Origin: Macrostomum hystrix | Lineage: Eukaryota; Animalia; Platyhelminthes | DNA: 64,000 nucleotides | Assembly: GCA_950097015.1 (NCBI GenBank) | Contig: CATNEN010000031.1 | Span: 2,046,001 to 2,110,000 of the forward strand | Reading direction: 5' to 3' | Shown here: piece by piece, positions 46,801 through 56,800 of the stretch | How positions within the stretch are numbered: position 1 is the first letter of the stretch | How the letters are laid out: every line of letters begins with the position of its first letter | The notes under the pieces: model-generated | What the model saw: only the letters and a program-made list of their open reading frames with translations | Told to the model about the DNA's origin: nothing | Database searches by the model: none | Translations under genes and position numbers: made by a program

Positions 46801-49800
46801 ATTTCAAAATAGATTTTAAAATAGATATAAAAGAAAGCGAGAGAATGGACGAATGCCGCCAGGTTTATAAAACAGGCCAGGCGCTTAGTAGCTGGGCGCG
46901 AACTGATAAGACTGAGCGGTCAAGTCACCGACTGTAGAGGCAAGACAACTGACAGCACTCGCTTAAACACAGCAGCAACAGCAGGCGTCACAATGCTGCC
47001 CAAGCTCTGCCGCGGTGCCCTGCGTGTCTCCGAGGAGGTCCGGGCGGCGGTGTCTTCGGGCGCCGCTGTGGTCGCACTGGAATCCACCATTTTCACTAGC
47101 GGCATGCCCCGGCCGACCAACGTGGAGACCGCGCTGGAGGTCGAGAGAATCGTGCGAGCCCGCGGCGCCGTTCCGGCCACGGTTGGCCTTCTGGGCGGCC
47201 GGCTGGTGGTGGGCCTCAGCCAGGCCGAGATCGCTGCGCTTGGCTCCGACGATGGCGCTGTGAAGTGCTCAACCAGGGATCTGCCAACAGCCATGGCCAG
47301 AGGGATGAACGGAGGAACCACGGTGAGCGCCACTCTGGTTGGCGCCAAGCTGGCCGGGGTTCCAGTCTTTGTCACCGGCGGACTGGGCGGTGTGCACAGG
47401 TGAGGCCTTGAACAATGCCTTGTGATAACAACTTCGGACTGGGGGTCGGTAGCAGAGTGGTCTAACGCGTTTGCCTCTCGTGCCAAAGTCCCTGAGCTCT
47501 ATTCCGCGACGTGGTCACATATTTTTTTGGCTTGGGGGCTTGTCGTGCAATTGACGCCCCTGACGGCCAACCTCCAAGGCACAGTGAGTCTGTACACTGC
47601 CTGACGATGAGAAAGTCAGGGCAGATGTACACACCTGTGTGTGTGCCTGCTTACGGTATCTGTTCGGTGTGTGCTCAGGAGTCAGCGAAATGGGCGGAAT
47701 TGCCTCCTCGCTGGCTGCGGGTCTAGTGTCACCAAATGATGTGCCATTGCACACAGAACTCCAGCAATTATTATTATTAACAACTTCCGTCTTCTGTACT
47801 TAGGTTGGGCTGTTTATCAGGTCCAATAGGGTTAGCTGTTTCACACAGTTGTGAGAGCACAGGTTTGAGGGAAAATCTCAGGTATGATTCTGGGCGTGAA
47901 GGAGCTTCTCGATGCAAGTGACAGTGTCGCAAAACACCTGTCCTCAGACACGGGCAGGACAGCATGGACATCAGCGCAGACCTCATTGAGCTGGGCCGCA
48001 CGCCAGTCATGACAGTGTGCGCCGGAGTCAAGGCCTTCCTAGATGTTGGCCGCAGCCTGGAAGCATTGGAAACGCAGGGCGTCGGCGTTGCCACTCTGTT
48101 GCTAAGCGAGACTCAAACACCGGGCCAAGAGGCGGACTTCCCGGCCTTCTACACGCCCAGCAGCGGCCACAAGTCGCCGTGCACGCTGAGAAGCATCGAC
48201 GAATGCGTCGGCGTCCTAGCCAGCGTGCGCGCCCTGAACGGCCCCGGCTACCTGCTGGCCGTGCCGATCGCCGAGGAGTTCCGCGAATTCGGTGACATAG
48301 TCGACGCCGCGATCCGCTCGGCCCTAGCCGACGCCGAACGCCAGGGCGTCCGCGGACGGGCGACGACGCCGTTCCTGCTGGAGCGCATCAGCCGCCTGAC
48401 TGGCGGCGAGAGCCTGCGGGCCAACGTGGCGCTCGTGAAGCGGAACGCCGATGTCGGCGCTAGAATCGCCGCGGCATTCAGCCGACTGCGCGCAGCCGCT
48501 GCGTCGGCGGAAGACACGGCTAACAAGTAAAGTGCGCCGTGTCAACGCTTTTATTTGTACCCCGCAAAATGCAACTTCGTTACTTTTAGTAGTGTAAACA
48601 AATTCGTCAGATTTTTTTTATTTCTTTAAAGTTCTTCAATCACCTCACTCTCGACTTCTGCTAAATAAATCATTAATAATTAATTGTACGCCATGTTTTA
48701 AACATTAAATCAGCTGTAACCCCTTAGCAGGGGGTCGGTGGCAGAGCGGTTAACGTGTTTGCCGCTCGCACCAAGGTCCCTGAGCTCGATTCCGCAGCGA
48801 GGCCACATTAATTTGGGGCGGAGCCGCAGTGAGAAGGCTTGGGTGCTTGTCATGCAATTTACGCCCTTATGGGCCAACCTCCACGTCAAAGTGAAAGTGT
48901 ACACTGCCTGACGACGAGAAAGTGTGTGCCTGCGTACAGTATCTGTGTGCGTGTGTGCTCAGGAGTCAGCGAAATAGGCAGAATTGCCTCCTCGCTGGCT
49001 GCGGGTCTATTGTCACCAAATGACATTGCCCACAGCCCTCCTGCAATTATTCTTATTTTATTATTACGAGCTATTAATACCGTAGCCTAGCGTTTCTACC
49101 CTGGGATCCTGTGGTTGGTAGTTCGAATCTTTGTCCAAGGTGTAAAATCGGTGCCAGCACTAGCTGGGAGTAGAAATTTGGGTGGATCTGGCGGCTTCCC
49201 AGTCCACGGACTGAACAGCTCTGTGCATTTTGGAAGCGCCGTACTTTAGCTGCGGCTGCCTATCACTACCATCCCTATCTATCTGTATATTTTACTGGGA
49301 CAGCATAAAGAATGTTTGTGATTTCATTGTTTGTTTTAACAAAATCGCAACCCAACCCGACCAGCCCCACTGCGAATGAGACATCATCGGCGCTTGTGCG
49401 AACAACCGGCCGAGCTGTCATCATCGGCGGCTGCAACCTCGACTTGACAGCCCGGCTCGATGGCGGCAGCGGCGCAGCCTTCCCAGCCGAGGCCACGCAT
49501 AACGGCCGCGTTGTCGTGACCAGCGGCGGCGTCGGTCGGAACATCGCCGACGCGCTGGCCCGCTGCGGCCACCAGCCGGTGCTGCTGTCAGCTCTGGGCC
49601 GGGACCAGGCGGCCGAGCTGCACCAGCGGCTCTGCCCGCACCTCAACTGGTCCTGGGTGAGGCAGCCCAAGCTAGAGAAGGAGGCCAACAGCCTTGAAGA
49701 GTCTGGCAGCGGACAGGCCAGGTCGGCCGCCTACGCTCTGTCCCTGCGTTCGGACGGCAGCTTGCTATTCGGCGTGGCAGACATGGCTATCCACGATACC

Positions 49801-51543
49801 GTGGACCCCGGCTACCTGGACTCCAGCGCTGCTGCCGGCGCCTTCAACAACGCGGCGATAGTCTGCTGCGACGCCAATTGTCCGGCGGAGACGGTGGCTC
49901 GGGCGCGCTGGCTTGCCGGAAAGAGCGGCGCGGAGTTCTGGTTCGAGCCAACCGACACCCACAAGGCCGTCAAGTTATTCACCGGCCCAGTGGCCGAAGG
50001 CCGTCCAATGTGTGACTGGGCGACGCCGAACGTGTTCGAGCTGGTCGCCATGCACCAGTTCGTGACGGCGACGGCGACGGAGGAAGCTGAAATACTAATT
50101 GCTTTGGATCCTCGCCGCGCACTGCAAATGTGCCGCCGACTGATGTCAGCCGGCGCGGCGGCCTCTCTGGCAGTGAAGCTGGGCCCCGCGGGCCTCCTGC
50201 TGGTGCCCGGACCTGCCGACCGCCTGTGGGCCGGCCAGGGCCCGCTGCACTTCTCTGCGCCGCCGCTTCCGGCCGGCGGCATCGTCAGCGTGTCCGGCGC
50301 CGGTGATTCCCTGGTGGCTGGCCTGCTGGCCGCCAGGCTGGACGGCCGCAGCAGCCTGGCCGAGGCGGGCGTGTTCGCCAGTCTTTGCGCGCACGCCTCG
50401 CTGCTGGGCTACGAGGCGGTCAACCCGCGACTGCCAGCGCTGACGCAGAGCATCCAGCTTCGTAGCGAAGTGGCGGTCACCCGCTTGCTGGACGCTGATA
50501 GTTAGACCAGGAGAAATTTTGTGGTTTTGCACAGGGTAAACGGCGAGCGTGACTATGCCTTTTCTACCTGATTAGGATGATTCGTCATATAATTAGTGTG
50601 CGTATTTGATAATGCCATGGCACTCATTGATTTGTTTACCGCTTGCTCCGCTAAGGTAATTGTTATGGATAGTTCAGAATTATATTTTTTATCTTAAAAT
50701 AAATAATAAATAATTATTGTTAGTAAATATTGGATTGCTCGGTGATCAGTATTAAGCAATTTAGAGTACATACTATGACGTGTGTCTCATGTCGGATGTT
50801 GTGAAGCGAGTAGCGAACAACAACTATAAACATCGAAGCCAGACTTACAAATAGATGCTGGAAAGTAATCACGTTATTGTATAAAGCAATGTATAGAAAA
50901 GTTATTGATTTTATAGGATAGTGACATAAGCATGCAGAGAATAGGTAACAATCACAAAACATAAAAAGTTTCTAAATTGTATTAACATGCAACATTTAAG
51001 GATGTACGTACTCGCGCAGAAGGGCATGTGTGAAAGCTGGTTTTAGTCCAACTGTCAAAGGCAACCTGGAAAATATAAAAAATCAACAGAGGAAGAGGAA
51101 CTGACTGTTAACAATCGATTTAAAAGGTTGGAACTAAAAACAAGCTTAACACTAAGGCAAAAAAATTCGCTCTATCCGATGAAAGTAGTATGATAAGCAG
51201 ATTAGCATGATTCAATATCAATAGTGAATATCCTAGAGATCTGGGTCTCTAAACTCACCCGGCTGCCTTTGCTGCTCTTTGCCGGCGGCGGAATCCAAGG
51301 ACCCGGCGACTTGGGCGGCGATTTCGACTTCCGACGATTAGCAGCGGCGGCTGAGGTGGCATACGCGGCGCCGAAGCTGGACTTGTCGCCGATGCCGCTG
51401 GCTCCGCGATGGCGCGGCCTGGCCAGCCGCTCCGTGACAGCCTGGGCGCTGGGCCGGCGCGGCTTCTGCAGCCGATGGACATGCACCGGAGTGTTCACGT
51501 CAACTGTCACGTGAACTGGCGAATAGTCACGTGACCCAGGCAT
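40836..51543 (-). CDS. ODF2: Outer dense fiber protein 2 / cenexin, ~684 aa
   Basis: Phase-0 exons 51543-51259, 46582-46490, 46000-45530, 45402-44977, 44792-44682, 42220-42095, 41378-40836. N-terminal SPVHVTVDVNTPVHVH...PWIPPP; C-terminal RLEDVKERLEQSQSTNRSLQSYVNFLKTSYANV matches the ODF2 signature QSESTNRSMQNYVQFLKSSYANV. One small exon may be missing. Confidence 0.88.
41400..41665. repeat. Intronic minisatellite, 35-36 bp unit (GTCTGATGAGTGTCATACCCATCCTGAACCTGTCT)
   Basis: About 7 copies next to the last ODF2 acceptor. Confidence 0.9.
42470..42790 (-). mobile_element. tRNA-derived SINE, family 2
   Basis: Minus-strand head GGTTGTAGGGTGGTTAGAGCG...GGTGTTCGATTCC (A/B boxes), then CTTCAGCAAGACAC and CACCCAGCTGGTAAATGGGTACC core. 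A plus-strand relative lies at ~49090-49270. Confidence 0.75.
43540..43795. repeat. Intronic minisatellite, ~42 bp unit
   Basis: GGGGAGTGAGGTGGATTGCCTAGTGTTGAGATAGAG repeated about 6 times. Confidence 0.8.
46110..46340. repeat. Intronic minisatellite, 30 bp unit (AATACAGCTACCTGAAGGAATGGGTAATTG)
   Basis: About 7 copies in ODF2 intron 2. Confidence 0.9.
46993..50505 (+). CDS. Bifunctional pseudouridine-5'-phosphate glycosidase (PsuG/IndA) - pseudouridine kinase (PfkB family), ~708 aa
   Basis: Exons 46993-47399, 47948-48526, 49365-50505 (both introns phase 2). PsuG motifs VVALESTI, GGTTVSAT, TGGLGGVHR, MDISADL, VCAGVKAFLD, GRATTPFLL. PfkB motifs GGVGRNIA and VSGAGDS. Confidence 0.92.
47441..47780 (+). 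mobile_element. tRNA-derived SINE, family 1 (near full length, (TTA)n tail)
   Basis: Head GGGGTCGGTAGCAGAGTGGTCTAACGCG...; same body as the other copies; tail ATTATTATTATTAA. Confidence 0.8.
48731..49068 (+). mobile_element. tRNA-derived SINE, family 1
   Basis: Head GGGGTCGGTGGCAGAGCGGTTAACG...GCTCGATTCC; same body and TTA-rich tail. Confidence 0.8.
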
Positions 51544-53800
51544 GCCCGGCTGCAATGAGAATTGCATATAAAAAGGTGTTAAAAAACACAAGAAAACTTT
51601 CTGAATCTCATGTGCACCTTTTTCTCTGTTATCTTTATGCTGAATAGAAATTCTTTAGTTTAAATCATTTGACAATAGTAATTGAAGGAATGATTTGGGC
51701 CTTTGAAATCTTTATGAATTTAATTAATTAACGATATGCGTCCAAATATTCATAAATTAGGACACTTCGATACACATTTCATGCGCTTGTGCATGAAATA
51801 CTGATAAAACTTAACTTAGTAAACATTCCTCTCTTTTTTGGCACTCGCTGAAAAAAATGATATCACCTTTTTGCTGATAAAATAATTTGTAAATGCAACA
51901 TGTATTCCAAACCAACTCTGTGGGACACAGATCTACGAAAAAACACAAGCATACAAATAAATACATACCTAGAGACAAGTTATTTCAATACATTTAACCT
52001 ACATTGGCTTCTGTAATAAAAAAAATATGTTAGAAACAAAATTTTGCAATGCAATTTGATGTCATTTTTGTAAAAATTTATTGAGACATGCAATTATTAC
52101 AACCACTCATGAAGCAATTATTTGATTGCATATTAAAAAATCGCTAGATAAATAATATAGAATTTTATTTCAATACATGGCCTCATGTTATACATGTTAT
52201 ATATATTCTCTCACAGTAACAGACTGAATGCAAATATAACTGTGTATCACTAACGCGTTCAAAATCTCCGCTGCAATCACTGAAGAAATTTAACGCAGAA
52301 CAAACTAAAAAAATAAAATTCCACTGCAGCCTTCTGACCGTCACTTTTATTCATATTTAAATATGTATTTATACACTGGATCAAATATAAAAATAAACTA
52401 AGTTTTTATAGACATCGACATAAAGCATAAGTTTTGATTAATTTCTATATATACAATAATCATGTGACACAAAACATAATATAGCATTGAGCTATTTAAC
52501 TGCTTTACTGACGAAAATACAGCTAGGAAATGCAAGTTAAAATTGACGTTCGAAGAAATTTGTTTAGGTATCAAGTAGTAAAACAAATATCAAACTAAAA
52601 CTGAGCTTTAAACGGGCAACGAATATTATTTACGAAATGTAAAATCTGTTTACTAAATTTAAACTTTAGCTATATAAATCGTAAGGACGTACAGAAAATA
52701 AAAGCGAATACTTTTCAGAAGAAATACCGTTAAATTTCGTCTCAGCGCAGAACAATCTTATAATTATAACTAACTACTCGAGCCAATAATTTATAGGGCT
52801 ATATTAGCCAACTGCCTTATAAAGTATGTATACAATAGCTTTGAAGCGAAATAATTATTGCTTTTTACATATAATACTTACAAATAATTACACTACATAT
52901 AATTATTGAAATATGTATTGCTTTTATACACGCTTAATGATTGCTATCTAAATGACTTATTTACAGATTGCTGCCTATGGAGGCTCATTAGCTCTGCTGG
53001 CTAGTTCTTTAAGTTTACACTAATTTATTTTTCAAGGTAAATATTTCTTTTATGTGTAATCAAATCACACACAGTCAAGACATGATAATGATACCGTCGC
53101 ATGACGAACGGGATCTTCACTTGTATTTTAGTTTCTTTCACTTTACATTAGGCATTATTTAATATCAGAGCGCCCATACCTTTAGACACGATGACGCTTG
53201 CAGTTAATTCACCTCCTTTGTAAAATCTATAATTCTAAAATTAAACAACTTGTACACAGTACAAGAGCAAATAATTGCATGATATGAGCATTCTGAAGAT
53301 AAAATAGAAAGCATACGATATATAAGTTAAAGAAAATAGTAGTACAATATACAATACAATTCGCCCAGACTTTAAAAGAGAGGTAATACAAGCAGAAAAT
53401 ATATTGGTAGCATAGCTAGCATAGAAAAAATCTAGTAATTGTGCAGCTGCGCATACGAGCTCGTAATTGTGCAATTACAAAACAACTAATCAAGAAATCC
53501 TCGCTATCGCAATGGCAAGTAAATATACGATCGAATAAGAAACAATGCTGAAAATCAATATGACGGAGAAGGTAAGCATTCCACGAAACATTTATGATTG
53601 ATAATCATAAGTACCAAAAAAACTGCGAAAATTGAAACATTTTCTTTTCTAGTTAACGGTAAGAAAAACTTACCAAGCGAATCTAAAATTGTAACGAAAT
53701 TTCGACTCACACTTCTGTATAAAATGCTGCTTTTAGTTAATCCTACTCAATTCTAATTTACTTGAGCTTACGGTAGAGGCAGCTCACAGCATTCTGAATA

Positions 53801-56800
53801 TCAACCAGACGCAGCGGCCACCACAGCGACGCTGTTGTCGCCGCCACCTCCGCCCGCCTGCATCTGGTGCCTGAGGAAGTCGGCCTCCTTGGCCAGCAGA
53901 TCTCGCTCTCGTTGCAGCGCGGAGTGGCCGGCCAGTAGCTGCACAGCGCCACGGCTTTGCTCCTGCTGCTGACCGGCCAGCTGGCGCACTCGCTCGCGCA
54001 GCTCCGCCTCGGCGCGTGTGTGGCTAGCCAGCTGCTTCTCAGCGTCGCGTAGGCGCGCTTGGCTACGTTCGAGTCGCTCGACCGCCTAGTCGAGTGGGGC
54101 GAGCGGCTCAGATGGCGATGCTTAACAGTACAGGACCACGCTATTTTACCCCCCCCCTAGGGAAAGACCACGCTATTTTACCCCCCCCCACTAGGGAAAG
54201 ACCACGCTATTTTACCCCCGGGGAATGACCACGCTATTTTACCCCCGGGAAATGACCACGCTATTTTACCCCGGGGAATGACCACGCTATTTTACCCCCG
54301 GGAAATGACCACGCTATTTTACCCCCGGGGAAATACCACCCTATTTTACCCCTGGGGAAAGACCACGCTATTTTACCCCTGAGAAAGACCACGCTATTTT
54401 ACCCCAGGGGAAAGACCACGCAATTTTACCCCCCCCCTAGGGAAAGACCACGCTATTTTATCCCCCCCCCTATGGAAAGACCACGCTATTTTACCCCCGG
54501 GGAATGACCACGCTATTTTACCCCCGGGAAATGACCACGCTATTTTACCCCGGGGAATGACCACGCTATTTTACCCCCGGGAAATGACCACGCTATTTTA
54601 CCCCCGGGGAAATACCACCCTATTTTACCCCTGGGGAAAGACCACGCTATTTTACCCCTGAGAAAGACCACGCTATTTTACCCCAGGGGAAAGACCACGC
54701 AATTTTACCCCCCCCCTAGGGAAAGACCACGCTATTTTATCCCCCCCCCTATGGAAAGACCACGCTATTTTACCCCCCCCCAAGGGAAAGACCACGCTAT
54801 TTTACCCCCACCCTATGGAAAGACCACGCTATTTCCATAGCGTGGAAATATCTATGGAAATAAACGCTATTTCCATAGCGTTTCCATTTACGCCCACCCT
54901 ATGGAAAGACCACGCTATTTTACCCCCTATGGAAAGACCACGCTATTTTACCCCAGGGGAAAGACCACGCTATTTTACCCCCCCCTAGGGAAAGACCACG
55001 CTATTTTATCCCCCCCCCCTATGGAAAGACCACGCTATTTTACCCCCCCCCCTAGGGAAAGACCACGCTATTTTACCCCCACCCTATGGAAAGACCACGC
55101 TATTTTACGCCCACCCTATGGAAAGACCACGCTATTTTACCCCCTATGGAAAGACCACGCTATTTTAACCCCTATGGAAAGACCACGCTATTTTACCCCC
55201 TATGGAAAGACCACGCTATTTTACCCCCCCTAGGGAAAGACCACGCTATTTTACCCCTGGGGAAAGACCACGCTATTTTACCCCCCGGGGAAGACCACGC
55301 TATTTTACCCCTGAGGAAAGACCACGCTATTTTACCCCCCCCCCCTAGGGAAAGACCACGCTATTTTACCCCCCCCTATGGAAAGACCACGCTATTTTAC
55401 CCCCCCCCCTAGGGAAAGACCACGCTATTTTACCCCTGGGGAAAGACCACGCTATTTTACCCCCCGGGGAAGACCACGCTATTTTACCCCTGAGGAAAGA
55501 CCACGCTATTTTACCCCCCCCCTAGGGAAAGACCACGCTATTTTACCCCCCCCTATGGAAAGACCACGCTATTTTACCCCAGGGGAAACACCACGCTATT
55601 TTACCCCCCCCCCTAGGGAAAGACCACGCTATTTTACTCCCCCCCTAGGGAAAGACCACGCTATTTTACCCCCCCCCCCTTTGGAAAGACCACGCTATTT
55701 TACCCCAGGGGAAAGACCACGCTATTTTACACCCCCCCTAGGGAAAGACCACGCTATTTTATCCCCCCCCTATGGAAAGACCACGCTATTTTACCCCCCC
55801 TAGGGAAAGACCACGCTATTTTACCCCCCCCCCTTGGGAAAGACCACGCTATTTTATCCCCCCCCCTAGGGAAAGACCACGCTATTTTACCCCCCCTAGG
55901 GAAAGAACACGCTATTTTACCCCCGTGGAAAGACCACAGGGGTATTTCAAATACCCACTGCCTACTTCACGAAAGCTCCAAAATCGACTGAACGACTTTT
56001 GTGAAAGTCCACCATATGGAAAAAAATTCCGCCCTTTTACGATTGACTGAACTTTCAAAGCCGTCCGACGTCAGCATCGTCGAGATATTCAGCGATTCTT
56101 ATCGAAGACACTGGTGACAAGAACAGCTGACATTGCTCTGTCTAAACTTCTATAGCGAATGCCTATTTTGCCACCAGACACTTCGATGAGAATCGTTGAA
56201 TATCTCGACGACCCCGATGATGTCTTGTGATTGTGGAAGCTGTTGCATCGTATAGAGCGGAAAAGTTTATCCAACGTTCTGGATTATCTTGGCGATTGAT
56301 TGGATATTTTTAGAGCTCCAGAAAAAAATAATTGTGGCTATTTGAAATGCCCGCGTGGTTTCCTTCGTAGGAAAAAGCCTCGCCTCCTATTTACAAGCAG
56401 AAATTCTACCTGATCTCTTTCGGCGGCTAGCTCAGCGGTTTCCTGACAGGCGGCAGCCTGCAGCCCGGCCAGCTGTTCCGCGCTGCGCCGCAGTTCCCGA
56501 CGCAGCCGGTCGGCCAGCCCGGCGTGCTGATCCAACAGTCGCTGCATCTCGCCAATGGCCGCCTCGTGCCGCGCCTCCTGCTCGGCCAGCTGGCCCAGCA
56601 GATCCGCCTCGCGCCTGGCTGCCCGGCTGGCCGACGTCTCGGCTTCCTGGCGCGCCGCTCGCGCATTCGCCTCGGCGCCGGAGCGCGCCAACTGAAGCTC
56701 GCGCATCAGCGCCTCGGTGCGGCTGGCCAGCTGAAGCCGCTCCTCGCCGCCTTGCTGAAGCGCCTGCTCGGCCGCTGACAGCCTGGTGCGCGTCTCAGCC

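Noticed and set aside
47600-47630. Hammerhead ribozyme suggested by CTGACGA...GAAA in SINE family 1
   Set aside because: Only 3 nt separate CUGACGA and GAAA (no stem II) and no stem III/NUH could be formed; a simple CCTGAC/GTCAGG hairpin explains it.
46993-50505. Bacterial contamination or recent horizontal transfer of psuG/psuK
   Set aside because: The gene has spliceosomal introns with host SINEs, host-like codon style, and the fused architecture known from eukaryotes.
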